This document shows positions 1-10,618 of a stretch of DNA of 64,000 nt, piece after piece. Made by a program: the position numbers and the translations under genes. Each line of letters opens with the position of its first letter. Position 1 is the first letter of the stretch. The notes beneath the pieces were generated by a model that was not told where the DNA came from, ran no database searches, and saw only the letters and a list, made by a program, of their open reading frames with translations. The stretch is from assembly GCA_963840885.1 (NCBI GenBank), contig CAWJAN010000001.1:181356-245355 (forward strand), read 5' to 3'. The stretch comes from an uncultured bacterium (GTDB lineage Bacteria; Patescibacteriota; Minisyncoccia; Phycocordibacterales; GWA1-40-21).

Positions 1-157
1 CTCCCATCTGGCCGCTTTTTTCAACCATTTCTTTCCTTTTTTTGAGATCTGATTGAACGTCAAATTCCTCATAAGCCACTCCGTTGGCCTTAAAAAAAGC
101 CTTGGCTTCGCCGCAGTAATGGCATGTTGGCGTTGAATATATGGTTACCTTTTTCAT
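1..157 (-). CDS. Glutaredoxin/NrdH-like thiol-disulfide protein (3' end truncated by window start)
   Basis: Own translation of the minus strand from ATG at 157-155 gives MKKVTIYSTPTCHYCGEAKAFFKANGVAYEEFDVQSDLKKRKEMVEKSGQMG. This is a Grx/NrdH-like fold with a CHYC redox motif. It is not in the supplied ORF track because it runs off the window edge. Confidence 0.6.
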   Translation of the reverse strand, partial: MKKVTIYSTPTCHYCGEAKAFFKANGVAYEEFDVQSDLKKRKEMVEKSGQMG

Positions 158-201
158 ATCTTTTTAATTAAATGATTAACTTTGTTATTATACCATATCT
201 G

Positions 202-272
202 TGCGGGTGGCGGTAATCGAAACCGCGCCTCAACCTTGGGAAGGTCATATTCTGCCACTAAACTACACCCGC
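202..272 (-). tRNA. tRNA-Gly(CCC)
   Basis: The reverse complement folds as a cloverleaf: acceptor GCGGGTG/CACCCGC, anticodon stem TGACC/GGTTG with loop TTCCCAA (anticodon CCC), T-loop TTCGATT. CCA is not encoded. Confidence 0.8.
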
Positions 273-274
273 TT

Positions 275-652
275 TTATTTGAACCAGTTTAATATACTCT
301 GCCAGAAACCGACATTTTGGGAAGAATTGCCGCTAGATGAAGCGTCATTTTGACCAACCACTACTACTACGGTTTCTCCGGGCTTTGCCACATCGAATTT
401 ACTTCTTATCTCCTCGTCTACGCCTGTATCCGTATTAAGCTTGGTTATTGCTGTGCCAAGCATGTCTTCCCTGCTTTTAAGACTATCGTACTGATTCTTT
501 ACTTCATCAAAACCTTCAGTGCTTATCTTCTCTTTCTGGTATATCTCATATGTGGCTTTAGCAAGTATGAATATAAGAACTAGCAAAATAACCAGTGCTG
601 TCTTAGAATATAGCATTTTCCTTACCTTTCGTTTTTGTTGAAAATCCAGCAT
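275..652 (-). CDS. Septum formation initiator FtsB/DivIC-like protein
   Basis: It has an N-terminal TM helix, a coiled-coil region and a C-terminal ...AKPGETVVVV resembling the FtsB/DivIC family terminus. Assignment rests on architecture and that motif only. Confidence 0.45.
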   Translation of the reverse strand: MLDFQQKRKVRKMLYSKTALVILLVLIFILAKATYEIYQKEKISTEGFDEVKNQYDSLKSREDMLGTAITKLNTDTGVDEEIRSKFDVAKPGETVVVVVGQNDASSSGNSSQNVGFWQSILNWFK

Positions 653-878
653 TTTTATGTAATATTAAGAGATATACAAAAGTAATTTTATACGATTAAT
701 CGAAAAATAACAAAGATGCTTTTTCATAAAAAAACAAGAAAATACATAAACATAATTTGGTCTATAGTGGCGTTTCTCGTCATAATAAGCATGATAATAC
801 TCTATACTCCTTTCTGGAGATAAAGGTTTTCACGTACTGATTCTAAAAAAGCGTGGCTCGTGCCCCGCTTTTTTAGAA

Positions 879-2690
879 TCAGTCGTTTTTCATCATCTTG
901 AGAAACACGTCGTGATCTATGTTTACTCTTCCTCTTTCCTTCATCTTCTTTTTTCCTTTTTTCTGCTTTTCGCGCAGTTTCATTTTTCTTGTTATATCTC
1001 CGCCGTAAAGATAATCGGTAACGTCTTTTTTCATCGCCGACATGTGCTTTGAAGCGATTATCCTTCCCATTGCTTTGGCCTGGATTTTAAAACTGAACAT
1101 TTCCCTGGACATAACTTTTTCAAGCTTCTCCACCGCCTCTTCGCCTTCTTCCTGGACCCTTCTTCTTGCCACAATCCTTGTGAATGCGGCTACTGGCTCA
1201 TCGGCAACAAGTATTTCAAGCTTCACCACGTCTGCTTCCTTGCTTCCCATCATTTCATAAGAAATAGAAGCGTAACCGGATGTTATGCTTTTAAGCTCGT
1301 TGAAAAAATTCCTCATAAGCTCGCGAAGCGGCATTTCAAGCGTGAGCGATGTCCTGTTATCACCGAAACTTTCGGAATCTCCTATCACGGCTTCATGGTC
1401 GTAAAGCTGCTGCATTATTGCGCCTATGTATTGCTCCGGGGTGATGATCCTTACCCTTACCCATGGTTCCATGACTTTTTCTATAAGATAATCCTCAGGG
1501 AAAAGCGATGGGGAAAAAATCGTTTCTTTCTTTCCATTTTTGAAAGTTATTTCATAATTAATGCTTGGTGTAGTGACAATTAGCCTTAGATTGAATTCTC
1601 TTTTCAATCTTTCAACTATGATTTCAAGATGGAGCATCCCGAGGAAACCGCAGCGAAATCCCCTACCTAAAGTTCCTGATGTTTCTTCGTCATATGTAAA
1701 TGATGAATCGGAAAGCCTGAGCTTGCCTAATGCTAATTTGAGCATGGCGAAATCATCTGCGCCTTCAGGATAAATAGATGCCCAAACTACTGGTGAAGGC
1801 CTGAAATATCCGTGAAGCGGCGGCAAAGTATCGTTTATATATGCGATAGTGTCTCCTACCGATGCTATGTCCGATTCTTTTATTCCGGTCGTTATGTATC
1901 CTATTTCTCCGGCAGACAATGTCTCTTTTGGCACTTCTGAAGGAGAAAATATTCCCACTTCCGTTGCCGTAAAAGATTTTCCGGAAACCTTGAAAATGAG
2001 CTGCGTATTCTTTTTCGCTTCTCCGTTGAAAACCCTTACGAAAACCGTAACTCCGCTGTGATTTGAATATTTGAAATCAAAAACCAAAGCCCTGAAGGAT
2101 TTTTCGTCAATTTCCATCTTATAATTCTTTTCTCCTGATTCTCCTTTCGGTTCCGGAATCTTTTTTATTATCTCGTCCAAAAGCTCTCTCACCCCCTGTC
2201 CGGTTTTTCCGGAAACCTCGAGAATTTCGCTCTCATCTATTTTAAGAAGTTCGGCTATCTCTTCTTTTGTTTCCTTTATTCTTGCGAGAGGAGAATCTAT
2301 CTTGCTTATGACAGGAATTATTACCAAATCTGATTCTTTTGCCATATTAAGAGTAGTGAGCGTCTGCGCTTGCACGCCCTGCGTCGCATCAACAAGAAGA
2401 ATAGAGCCCTCAACGGCCTTAAGCGCGCGCGAAACCTCGTAAGAAAAATCTATGTGTCCTGGGGTATCTATCAGGTTCAATATGTATTCCTCGCCACAGT
2501 TTTTCCACTTCATCCTTACGGGCTGCATCTTTATCGTTATTCCTCTTTCTCTTTCAAGCTCCATGGAATCAAGCACCTGGTTCATCATCTTTCTCTTTTC
2601 TATGGTTCCGGTAATCTCAAGCATGCGGTCGGCTAAAGTCGACTTTCCATGGTCAATATGGGCTATAATGCTGAAATTTCGTATATTCAT
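879..2690 (-). CDS. lepA: Elongation factor 4 (LepA)
   Basis: [25 protein letters not shown]... is the canonical LepA GTPase N-terminus, followed by EF-G-like domains and the LepA C-terminal domain. The ORF-track start at 2708 adds 6 aa (MLLFEL). I favour the internal ATG at 2690-2688. Confidence 0.93.
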   Translation of the reverse strand: MNIRNFSIIAHIDHGKSTLADRMLEITGTIEKRKMMNQVLDSMELERERGITIKMQPVRMKWKNCGEEYILNLIDTPGHIDFSYEVSRALKAVEGSILLVDATQGVQAQTLTTLNMAKESDLVIIPVISKIDSPLARIKETKEEIAELLKIDESEILEVSGKTGQGVRELLDEIIKKIPEPKGESGEKNYKMEIDEKSFRALVFDFKYSNHSGVTVFVRVFNGEAKKNTQLIFKVSGKSFTATEVGIFSPSEVPKETLSAGEIGYITTGIKESDIASVGDTIAYINDTLPPLHGYFRPSPVVWASIYPEGADDFAMLKLALGKLRLSDSSFTYDEETSGTLGRGFRCGFLGMLHLEIIVERLKREFNLRLIVTTPSINYEITFKNGKKETIFSPSLFPEDYLIEKVMEPWVRVRIITPEQYIGAIMQQLYDHEAVIGDSESFGDNRTSLTLEMPLRELMRNFFNELKSITSGYASISYEMMGSKEADVVKLEILVADEPVAAFTRIVARRRVQEEGEEAVEKLEKVMSREMFSFKIQAKAMGRIIASKHMSAMKKDVTDYLYGGDITRKMKLREKQKKGKKKMKERGRVNIDHDVFLKMMKND

Positions 2691-2776
2691 CAGTTCGAAT
2701 AGTAGCAAAAAACTGGTAAAAATAAAGCTTATTTTTCATTGAAAAAAAATCTTAAAATGATATTATGCTTTGTGTT

Positions 2777-2860
2777 GCGCAGGTGGCGGAGTGGTCAATC
2801 GCAATTGACTGTAAATCAATCGCCCATTGGGCTACGTAGGTTCAAATCCTACCCTGCGCA
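2777..2860 (+). tRNA. tRNA-Tyr(GTA)
   Basis: Acceptor GCGCAGG/CCTGCGC with discriminator A. Anticodon arm ATTGA-CTGTAAA-TCAAT gives anticodon GTA. The long variable arm is typical of bacterial tRNA-Tyr. T-loop TTCAAAT. Confidence 0.85.
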
Positions 2861-2865
2861 CAAAA

Positions 2866-2896
2866 AATAAAAACCCGAAAGGGTTTTTATTTTTTG
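2866..2896. terminator. Rho-independent terminator hairpin (bidirectional)
   Basis: aaaaacccg-aaa-cgggttttt followed by a T-run. A-run/T-run on both sides. It lies between convergent tRNA-Tyr (+) and clpB (-). Confidence 0.6.
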
Positions 2897-2921
2897 TGCG
2901 CATAAGTCTTGTCTTTTGCTC

Positions 2922-5630
2922 TTAATTTTTAGATTCGAAAACGTCTTCGGAAATAAGATTCATGTTTTCTATTTCCCTTTCTATTATCGAGCCTCTTCTG
3001 CCTTTTTTTACTTCGAATGTAAGCTCATACCCCTTGGTTCCTATGGCAACAGATCCTCCTTTCACAATTCCTCCGGAAATTATCAGGGAAGAGATCGGAT
3101 TCAAAATCCTGTCCTGTATGAGCCTTTTCAGCGGCCTTGCTCCGTATTGCGGATTATAGCCTTCCTTGGCCAGATAATCGGATGCTTTGTCTGAAATATC
3201 CAAAGTTATTTCTTTAATGGAAAGCCTTTCTCTAACCTGTGCGATTTGTATGTCTACAATTTTTCTCACGGCTTCATGGCTGAGTATGTCGAATACTATG
3301 ATTTCATCGAGTCGATTCAGGAATTCCGGCCTGAAATGATCTTTCAGCGATGCCATGACTTTTTCCTTGATTGTATTGTATTCTGAAACTTTTTCCTTCG
3401 ATGTCGTGAATCCTATCTGCTCCATCTTGTCTATGAATTGAGCGCCTATATTGGATGTCATTATAATAACTGTATTTTTGAAATTCACTACCCTGCCTTT
3501 AGAATCCGTAAGCCTTCCGTTGTCGAGCACCTGCAGAAGAAGATTGAATACTTCCGGATGCGCCTTTTCGATTTCATCGAACAGGACAACGGAGTATGGC
3601 CTGTGCCTGACGGTTTCGGTCAGAGTTCCACCTTCTTCGTATCCCACGTATCCTGGCGGAGATCCTATGAGCTTCGATGTCGAATGCTTTTCCATAAACT
3701 CTGACATATCTACTCTTACCAATGCTTTGTCGTCATCAAAAAGGAATTCGGTAAGAGCTTTTGTGAGTTCTGTTTTTCCTACGCCGGTCGGTCCAAGAAA
3801 TATGAACGAGCCTATAGGCCTGTTGGGATCGCTGATTCCAGCCCTCGATCTTTTTATCGTATCGGAAATTTTCCTAACGGCTTCATCCTGTCCTATGATT
3901 CTTTTCCTGATCTCCTCTTCCATCCTGACAAGCTTATTTGCTTCAGATTCAAGCATTCTCGACACAGGAATACCTGTCCACTTTGAAACTACGGTGGCTA
4001 TGTCTTCTTCGTTTATTTCTTCTTTAAGGATTCTTCTTGATATCTGAAGTTTTTTTAATTTTTTAAGTTTCAAATCAAGATCTTTTTCCGCCTGAGGAAT
4101 CTTTCCGTATCTTATCTCGGCTGCCTTTGACAAATCTGCCCGTATTTCGGCATTATCTGCATCGATTCTAAATATTTCAAGCTGTTTTTTAAGATCCTTT
4201 ATTCCTGAAAGTATCTCTTTTTCAGTTGTCCAGCGCAGCTCCACATCTTTTGTCTTTTCTTTAAGGTCAGCGATTTCTTTTTCTATCACGTCCACTCTTT
4301 TCTTCGTCTCTTTCTTTTTTTCTCCGTCCATTTCCTTTTTAAGCGCTTCTTTTTCTATTTCCAGGCGCATAACCCTTCTTCTGGCTTCTTCAAGCACCGG
4401 CGGCATATTTTCAAGAGAAATTTTAAGCATCGATGACGCTTCGTCTATGAGGTCTACGGCTTTGTCGGGCAAAAACCTGTCCGTTATATATCTCGAGCTC
4501 AGATTAACCGCGGCCAAAATGGCGTCATCAGTAATCCTGACCCCGTGATACAGTTCGTATTTTTCCTTGAGTCCGCGCAAAATCGCTATAGCATCATCTA
4601 TGGACGGCTCACTGACGAGAACTGGCTGGAATCTCCTGGTAAGCGCTGAGTCCTTCTCTATCTTCTGGTATTCCTTTAGCGTAGTTGAACCTATAGTCCT
4701 GAGCTCGCCTCTTGCAAGGGCTGGCTTCAGCATATTCGACGCATCCATGGAACCCTCAGCGCTTCCGGCTCCAACTATGGTATGTATTTCATCTATGAAA
4801 AGTATCAGCTTGCCGTCAGATTTTTCTATTTCCTTAACTATTGCTTTCAGCCTTTCCTCAAACTCCCCCCGGTATTTTGTGCCTGCAATCAAGAGGCCAA
4901 GATCCAAAGAAACCAATTCTTTGTCTTTCAGTGATTCCGGAACATCTCCGGAAGCTATCCGTGCGGCAAGACCTTCCACTATTGCTGTTTTTCCCACGCC
5001 TGCTTCTCCTATGAGTATAGGATTATTTTTCGTCCTTCTAGAAAGTATTTGTATTATTCTTGAAATCTCTACGTCCCTTCCTATTACGGGATCCAGCTTG
5101 TTGTCGCGGGCCAGCTTGGTCATGTTTCTGGTATATTTCAAAATCGCTCGGTATTTTTTCGGCTGGCTTGTTTCATCTCCTTTCAAAGTTTTCAATTCCG
5201 ACAGGATTTTCAATATAGTTGCCTTGTCTATCTTGAATTTTACGAGCATATCCCGTGCCGAAGACGGCGCATCCGTTATGGCAAGAAAAAGATGTTCGGT
5301 TGAAATAAATTCGTCTTTCAAATCACTTGCTTCCCTGCCGGAAAGGTCTAGAATCTGCGCAAGCTCGGGAGTCAGGTAAATCTGATGCGGGCTCGAAAGC
5401 GTCGTGCCAGAACTTGATGATTCGATCATTTCTATAATGGTATCGGTAAACAATACTATGTCGATATCAAGCCTATCCAATATCGAGGAGACTACCGATT
5501 CTTCCTGAAGGATAAGTGCGGCAAGCAAATGCAAAGGATTGACGTGGTTTTGTCCGCGCTCTATTGCAAGCTCATGAGCTCTCCTTATGGCTTCTTTTGC
5601 TTTTGTGGTGAAATTATTGAATGGGGGCAT
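2922..5630 (-). CDS. clpB: ATP-dependent chaperone ClpB
   Basis: 902 aa. Clp N domain ([12 protein letters not shown]), two AAA+ modules with Walker [16 protein letters not shown] and [14 protein letters not shown], and a long coiled-coil middle domain. Confidence 0.93.
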   Translation of the reverse strand: MPPFNNFTTKAKEAIRRAHELAIERGQNHVNPLHLLAALILQEESVVSSILDRLDIDIVLFTDTIIEMIESSSSGTTLSSPHQIYLTPELAQILDLSGREASDLKDEFISTEHLFLAITDAPSSARDMLVKFKIDKATILKILSELKTLKGDETSQPKKYRAILKYTRNMTKLARDNKLDPVIGRDVEISRIIQILSRRTKNNPILIGEAGVGKTAIVEGLAARIASGDVPESLKDKELVSLDLGLLIAGTKYRGEFEERLKAIVKEIEKSDGKLILFIDEIHTIVGAGSAEGSMDASNMLKPALARGELRTIGSTTLKEYQKIEKDSALTRRFQPVLVSEPSIDDAIAILRGLKEKYELYHGVRITDDAILAAVNLSSRYITDRFLPDKAVDLIDEASSMLKISLENMPPVLEEARRRVMRLEIEKEALKKEMDGEKKKETKKRVDVIEKEIADLKEKTKDVELRWTTEKEILSGIKDLKKQLEIFRIDADNAEIRADLSKAAEIRYGKIPQAEKDLDLKLKKLKKLQISRRILKEEINEEDIATVVSKWTGIPVSRMLESEANKLVRMEEEIRKRIIGQDEAVRKISDTIKRSRAGISDPNRPIGSFIFLGPTGVGKTELTKALTEFLFDDDKALVRVDMSEFMEKHSTSKLIGSPPGYVGYEEGGTLTETVRHRPYSVVLFDEIEKAHPEVFNLLLQVLDNGRLTDSKGRVVNFKNTVIIMTSNIGAQFIDKMEQIGFTTSKEKVSEYNTIKEKVMASLKDHFRPEFLNRLDEIIVFDILSHEAVRKIVDIQIAQVRERLSIKEITLDISDKASDYLAKEGYNPQYGARPLKRLIQDRILNPISSLIISGGIVKGGSVAIGTKGYELTFEVKKGRRGSIIEREIENMNLISEDVFESKN

Positions 5631-5724
5631 ATATTTTTAAGTTTAAGGCAAAAATCAAAATTGTAAAACCAATCGTGAAAGAAGATTATAGATACGGCTT
5701 TAAAAAAGTCAAACTAGCCTTATT

Positions 5725-6606
5725 TTACTGGTTATTTGAGGAAGTTGCGATGGCATCAAGCGCATCTTGTATATCGCTTGCAGGAGCAAAAAGATCATTT
5801 TGGGCACTGCTTAGATATGTGGTTTTTATTCCCACTAAATCGCCGGAAAGATCGAGAAGTATGGATCCGGGAACAAAATTTTGCGACACGGAAGTTTCTA
5901 TGTAGCTTAGCGCTGGGGCCGTCGAATCGGTGCTTGAAACCTGGCCGGCATCTTTAGTTCCAATAGATGAGACTATTCCTGTGGCAACAGTATTTTTTGA
6001 ACTTCCGCCTATATATACTACTGATTGGCCGAGCTTTACATCCTCGCTTGATAAATTTGCCTTAACAAAAGGAGTGGATGAGCTTGTATCCGGCTTAATT
6101 TTAAGCAGAGCGATCTGCTCGCCGGAAACGGAGCGCAATATGGAAATTTCGTGAAGCTGTCCGTCATCTGTCGGTGTAAAATATCTTCCACTATCCTTCG
6201 TTATTATATTCTCATCAGTTGCTATTATTCCGTCATCAGTAACTACGACTCCGAGGCCAACAAGATTCATGGAGCTTAAGCCGAGCGACGGATCGCTATT
6301 GGTCCTGTATAACCTGACCAGGCTTTTGGTATTCTTATCGACTGCGCTAACAACTGCGTCGTCGGAATTAACTATGACCGTCTCTTTCACTATTTGTTGT
6401 CCTGTATTTGAAGTTGATGTGGCCGGTTGAGATACTATTTTTTCTACAGTTGTCTGAACCACCCTGTTTATCGTTTGCGTCACGCCCACTGGAGCTTGAT
6501 TCATGAGAGCAACAGCGACTATTCCGGTAGCCATGGAAGTAACGAAGCTTACGAGAAGCGTAAGTAATACTATTTGGTGTCTAGTTAGGTTTTCCATATA
6601 TTTCAC
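5725..6606 (-). CDS. Membrane-anchored trypsin-like (HtrA/S1C-like) domain protein, predicted catalytically inactive
   Basis: N-terminal signal-anchor, then a segment alignable to the HtrA protease fold (GQSVVYIGG...TVATGIVSSI...PGSILLDLSGDLVGI versus HtrA GNSGGPLVN..GEVIGIN). The His motif (TNAHV) is replaced by TDENII and the Asp motif DIALL by QIALL. Confidence 0.45.
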   Translation of the reverse strand: MKYMENLTRHQIVLLTLLVSFVTSMATGIVAVALMNQAPVGVTQTINRVVQTTVEKIVSQPATSTSNTGQQIVKETVIVNSDDAVVSAVDKNTKSLVRLYRTNSDPSLGLSSMNLVGLGVVVTDDGIIATDENIITKDSGRYFTPTDDGQLHEISILRSVSGEQIALLKIKPDTSSSTPFVKANLSSEDVKLGQSVVYIGGSSKNTVATGIVSSIGTKDAGQVSSTDSTAPALSYIETSVSQNFVPGSILLDLSGDLVGIKTTYLSSAQNDLFAPASDIQDALDAIATSSNNQ

Positions 6607-6628
6607 TGAATAATATGATAAAAAACCG

Positions 6629-7813
6629 CTACTTGCAAATGCCTGAGAGTTTTTTCAAAAGATACTCAATGTTGGAATTTTTTGTCGCGCGGCCCATTGA
6701 AATCCTGAGAGTGGATTTGACCCTCAAATTGATCTCTTCTTTTGTGGCATCGGTCTTTTCAGCTATATTCCTAACTACATAAGATTCCTCCTCCCCACTT
6801 GTGCAGGCGCTTGCCGAAGAAACTATGATTCCGGCCTCATCAAGCCGCAGCACGAGCATTTCCCCGTCTTCCCCAGGAATTGAAATGTCGATATTGTTTG
6901 GCAAGCGATTCTCCGAACAGCCGTTTATAATCACTCGCAGAATAATATTAATTATCTGGCTAAAAAAATAATCTCTTATTTTTGAAAGCCTTGCTGATTC
7001 TTTTTCTTTTAGTTTTTCAGTTATTCTTAAGGCTTCGGCAAATCCGACTATCAAAGGAATGTTTTCGGTGCCGCTGCGCAGACTGTTTTCCTGGCCTCCG
7101 CCGAAAATAACCGGTGAAATTTTTACGCCATCCCTCACATATAATGCGCCTATTCCTTTTGGCCCATAAATCTTCTGAGCATCTATGGTTATGAAATCCG
7201 CACCAAGTTCTTCGGCATTCATGTTCAAATATTGCGCAGCTTGAGACGCATCGATATGAAAATACGGGTAATCTACTCTTTCCACGCCAAAATCTTTTCT
7301 CTTGTGCCTTATTTCCTTTATGATTTCCCTTACCGGCTGGATAACCCCTATTTCTCCGTTTGCATATCCAACCGAAATCAAAACGGTCTCGGGTCTTACC
7401 ATTTCCCTAAGATCTTTCGGATTTACAAGGCCATATTCATCAACCTTAAGGTAATCGACTTCGCATCCTTCCTTCTCAAGTTCTTTGAAGCATTCGAGCA
7501 CTGAGCTATGTTCTATTTCGGTAGTTATAAAATGGGCTTTTTTGTTGCTTTCAAGGAAATGCCTTGCTGAGCCGAGAATGGCAAGATTATTTGCTTCTGT
7601 TCCTCCTGAAGTGAATATTATCTCCCTGGAATGTGCATTCAGAAAATCCGCGACGGTCTTTCTGGCCTCTGCCATTGCCTTTTTTGCCGATACGCCAAGA
7701 GAATGGATCGAGCTCGGATTGCCGAAATCATCGCTCCAAAAACCTTTCATTGCTTTGACTACCTTCTTCTCGCAAGGCGTGGTAGCGGAATAATCCAGGT
7801 ATATCTTTTTCAT
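6629..7813 (-). CDS. Cysteine desulfurase (class V aminotransferase, IscS/NifS-like)
   Basis: YLDYSATTPCEK... at the N-terminus, the PLP-lysine region IDAQKIYGPKGIGALYVR, and an SxxSACTSG-type active-site Cys loop (VSSASACTSGEE). Start chosen at the internal MKKIYLDY. The ORF track extends to 7843. Confidence 0.88.
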   Translation of the reverse strand: MKKIYLDYSATTPCEKKVVKAMKGFWSDDFGNPSSIHSLGVSAKKAMAEARKTVADFLNAHSREIIFTSGGTEANNLAILGSARHFLESNKKAHFITTEIEHSSVLECFKELEKEGCEVDYLKVDEYGLVNPKDLREMVRPETVLISVGYANGEIGVIQPVREIIKEIRHKRKDFGVERVDYPYFHIDASQAAQYLNMNAEELGADFITIDAQKIYGPKGIGALYVRDGVKISPVIFGGGQENSLRSGTENIPLIVGFAEALRITEKLKEKESARLSKIRDYFFSQIINIILRVIINGCSENRLPNNIDISIPGEDGEMLVLRLDEAGIIVSSASACTSGEEESYVVRNIAEKTDATKEEINLRVKSTLRISMGRATKNSNIEYLLKKLSGICK

Positions 7814-7867
7814 GAGAAAAACTATAGCAACTGGAGCGGACATTTACAATCTGACGGACTTTGAACA

Positions 7868-7900
7868 AAAATATAAAAAATGTATAATGCATCTGTTAAA
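7868..7900 (+). promoter_or_regulatory. Putative sigma70-type promoter
   Basis: TTGAAC -35 and TATAAT -10 separated by about 17 nt, read directly from the sequence, about 35 nt upstream of the ATG at 7932. Confidence 0.35.
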
Positions 7901-7931
7901 TAATTAGCAAAAAAATAATAACTCTGAATAA

Positions 7932-8393
7932 ATGTCTTACGATATGTATACGATAATTGGGACAATTGCGGTAATAGTGCTTCTAATAATCTGGGTCATG
8001 ATCCTAGAAATGAAACTGAAAAAACTTCTTGGCAGAAAAAGCGGAACGCTCGATGATGCTCTTGATAATCTCAGAAAGGATGTGGAGTACCTGAAAAAAT
8101 ATTCTGAGAAATCTTCGGATAAATTCGATATCATAGAAAAAAGACTGGCAAAAACAGTATCGGGAAATGAAACGATCCGATTCAACCCGTTCAAAGGAGA
8201 CGGTTCCGGCGGAAACCAGAGCTTCGCCACGGCTCTTATAAACAGCACAGGTGACGGAGTTATAATATCAAGCATTTATTCAAGAGACAGGATGAGCGTT
8301 TTCGCTAAGCCAATAAAAAATATGCGTTCGGAATACGAACTTACTGACGAGGAAAAAGAAATTCTGAAAAAAGCGAAAGACAGCCTTTTATAA
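7932..8393 (+). CDS. Membrane-anchored DUF4446-like protein
   Basis: N-terminal TM helix, then RFNPFKGDGSGGNQSF...GDGVIISSIYSRDRMSVFAKPI resembling the DUF4446 signature. No catalytic motif. Confidence 0.4.
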   Translation: MSYDMYTIIGTIAVIVLLIIWVMILEMKLKKLLGRKSGTLDDALDNLRKDVEYLKKYSEKSSDKFDIIEKRLAKTVSGNETIRFNPFKGDGSGGNQSFATALINSTGDGVIISSIYSRDRMSVFAKPIKNMRSEYELTDEEKEILKKAKDSLL

Positions 8394-8404
8394 ATAAAAA
8401 TTGA

Positions 8405-8445
8405 GCGGCGCAGGCCTTCGGCCTGCGCCGCTTTTTTATTTTTAA
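8405..8445 (+). terminator. Rho-independent terminator
   Basis: Perfect 12-bp GC-rich stem gcggcgcaggcc-ttcg-ggcctgcgccgc followed by TTTTTTATTTTT. Confidence 0.75.
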
Positions 8446-8518
8446 TTTCGTGTTATATTGGAAATATAAAAAACTGCGATGGAACAAATGCCATCTTTTT
8501 TAATTCCAAAAGAAAAAT

Positions 8519-10051
8519 ATGCCAAACAATGCCTCAAAAAGCATAGTGAAGCGTCCTACCATTGTCTGTATAATGGGGCATATTGATCATGGAAAATCCA
8601 CTCTCCTCGACTATATAAGAAAAACCAATATCGTAGATACGGAAGCCGGCGGAATCACCCAGCGTATTTCGGCTTATGAAGTAGTGCATAAAACTCCGCA
8701 AGGCAAGGAAGAAAAAATAACGTTCCTGGATACTCCCGGACATGAAGCATTCGGAACAATGAGGGTCTCTGGAACGAGCGTATCGGATATAGCCGTGCTT
8801 GTAGTTTCAGCGGAAGAAGGAGTGAAAAAACAGACTATGGAAGCATGGAAAGCCATAGAAAATGCGGGCATACCCTACATAGTCGCAATCAATAAGATAG
8901 ACAAGCCTGGAGCAAACGTAGAGAAGACAAAAAACAGCCTTGTTGAAAACGGAATTTATATAGAAGGATACGGAGGAAATGTCCCATCCGTGGTAATTTC
9001 CGCAAAAACAGGGCAAGGCGTTCCTGAACTCTTGGATATGATACTTTTGGTTGCCGAAATATCAGAACTCAAAGGAGATGCTGAAAAGCTTGCGGAAGGG
9101 ATAGTCATGGAAGCTCATCTCGACAAGCAGAAAGGGATTACGGCAGTTCTTATAATAAAAAACGGCTCGTTAAAAACAGGAATGTACGTGACCTCCGGAG
9201 GAGCTGTTGCTCCGACAAGGATAATGGAAAATTTTCTGAGTAAAAAGATAACCGAGGCCTCATTCTCTTCCCCTGTCCGCATAATAGGATTTGACAAGAT
9301 GCCTGAGGTCGGAAAGCCGTTTAAAACATTCTTAAGCAAAAAAGAAGCTGAGGCTTATATAGAAGAAGAGATGGATAAGGTTATCAAGGAGCCGGCCAAA
9401 AAACAGGAAAATCCTGAAGAAAATCCGGATGAAGTGGTTGTTAGAATAATGATACGAGCTCAAGTTGCCGGTGCTATACCGGCAATAGAGCACGAGATAA
9501 ACAAGGTCATAAATGACCCTGAAGTATTTGGAAAAATAAAAATTAAGATTGTCGGTTCTGGAATCGGAAATATAACCGAAAATGACGTTAAGCTGGCTTC
9601 GGGAAGAAATCCGGCAGCTATAGTAGGATTTGATGTGGAAACAGATTCTCCGGCAAAAACCCTTGCGGAAAGACTTGGAGTAGATATAAGGACATTTGAT
9701 ATAATTTACAAGATATCCGAATGGATAAAAGAAGAAGCTGTTAAAAAAATACCTAAACAAATGATAGAAGAGATTGTAGCGGAAGCAAAGATACTGAAAG
9801 TTTTCAGTTCAATGAAAGACAAATACGTAATCGGCGTAAGAGCCGAGAAAGGATTCATTTCAGTCGGACAAGAAGCCAAGATAATAAGGAAAGACGAGGA
9901 AATAGGAATAGGAAAGATAAAAGACTTGGAGAGAGATAGGACAAAAGTAAGCGAGGTTAAAGAAGGCATGGAATTCGGCTGCCAGTTCAAATCGGATATA
10001 GTTCCTGCCGCCGGAGACAAGCTTAGAATTACAAGGATTGTGGAAAAATAA
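8519..10051 (+). CDS. infB: Translation initiation factor IF-2 (short form, G-domain starts at the N-terminus)
   Basis: [17 protein letters not shown] (G1), DTPGHEAF (G3), NKID (G4), then the IF-2 beta-barrel and C-terminal domains. At 510 aa it lacks the long N-terminal region of typical bacterial IF-2. Confidence 0.9.
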   Translation: MPNNASKSIVKRPTIVCIMGHIDHGKSTLLDYIRKTNIVDTEAGGITQRISAYEVVHKTPQGKEEKITFLDTPGHEAFGTMRVSGTSVSDIAVLVVSAEEGVKKQTMEAWKAIENAGIPYIVAINKIDKPGANVEKTKNSLVENGIYIEGYGGNVPSVVISAKTGQGVPELLDMILLVAEISELKGDAEKLAEGIVMEAHLDKQKGITAVLIIKNGSLKTGMYVTSGGAVAPTRIMENFLSKKITEASFSSPVRIIGFDKMPEVGKPFKTFLSKKEAEAYIEEEMDKVIKEPAKKQENPEENPDEVVVRIMIRAQVAGAIPAIEHEINKVINDPEVFGKIKIKIVGSGIGNITENDVKLASGRNPAAIVGFDVETDSPAKTLAERLGVDIRTFDIIYKISEWIKEEAVKKIPKQMIEEIVAEAKILKVFSSMKDKYVIGVRAEKGFISVGQEAKIIRKDEEIGIGKIKDLERDRTKVSEVKEGMEFGCQFKSDIVPAAGDKLRITRIVEK

Positions 10052-10054
10052 GCC

Positions 10055-10381
10055 ATGTCAGAAACAAGAGACGAAAAAATAATAAAAATCATCAAGATAG
10101 CGGCTGCAAATTTTCTTGAAAGAGAGTCGAATGGATCATCCCTAATAACCGTAACGGACGTCAAACTTTCAAACGACGGCAAATATGCTACGATATTGTT
10201 TACTGTTTTGCCGGAAGACAAGCAGGATGCCGCTCTTGAATTTGCCAAAAGAATGCGCAGCGAATTCAAGGATTACATAAAGAAAAATACCAAGATCGGC
10301 ATTATTCCCATGTTTGATTTCGCCATAGACCTCGGCGAAAAACATAGGCAGAGGATAGACGAGATTTCTTCAAAAATATAA
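10055..10381 (+). CDS. rbfA: Ribosome-binding factor A
   Basis: About 108 aa. The layout (RESNGSSLITVTDVKLSNDGKYATILFTVL...) and its position immediately downstream of infB are consistent with the conserved infB-rbfA linkage. Confidence 0.72.
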   Translation: MSETRDEKIIKIIKIAAANFLERESNGSSLITVTDVKLSNDGKYATILFTVLPEDKQDAALEFAKRMRSEFKDYIKKNTKIGIIPMFDFAIDLGEKHRQRIDEISSKI

Positions 10382-10456
10382 GGCCCAGTAGCCAAGTGGT
10401 AAGGCAGAGATCTGCAAAATCTCTATGCGGCGGTTCAATTCCGCCCTGGGCCTCCA
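10382..10456 (+). tRNA. tRNA-Cys(GCA)
   Basis: Acceptor GGCCCAG/CTGGGCC. Anticodon arm GAGAT-CTGCAAA-ATCTC gives anticodon GCA. T-loop TTCAATT. The 3' CCA is encoded. Confidence 0.85.
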
Positions 10457-10486
10457 GAATTTTACAAAGTAAAATTCGGCGGAATT

Positions 10487-10568
10487 GCCCGGGTGGTGGA
10501 ATTGGTATACACGCACGACTTAAAATCGTGTCTCGAAAGAGATGTGGGTTCGATGCCCACCCCGGGCA
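10487..10568 (+). tRNA. tRNA-Leu(TAA)
   Basis: Acceptor GCCCGGG/CCCGGGC. Anticodon arm CACGA-CTTAAAA-TCGTG gives anticodon TAA. The long variable arm is typical of tRNA-Leu. T-loop TTCGATG. Confidence 0.85.
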
Positions 10569-10618
10569 CATATTATAAAACCCGGCTTTAAACCAGGTTT
10601 TAATTTTATACCTCCCTT

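Noticed and set aside
10302-10578. ORFs 10302-10571 (-) and 10396-10578 (+)
   Set aside because: They overlap tRNA-Cys and tRNA-Leu and have tRNA-derived palindromic sequence, not protein-like composition.
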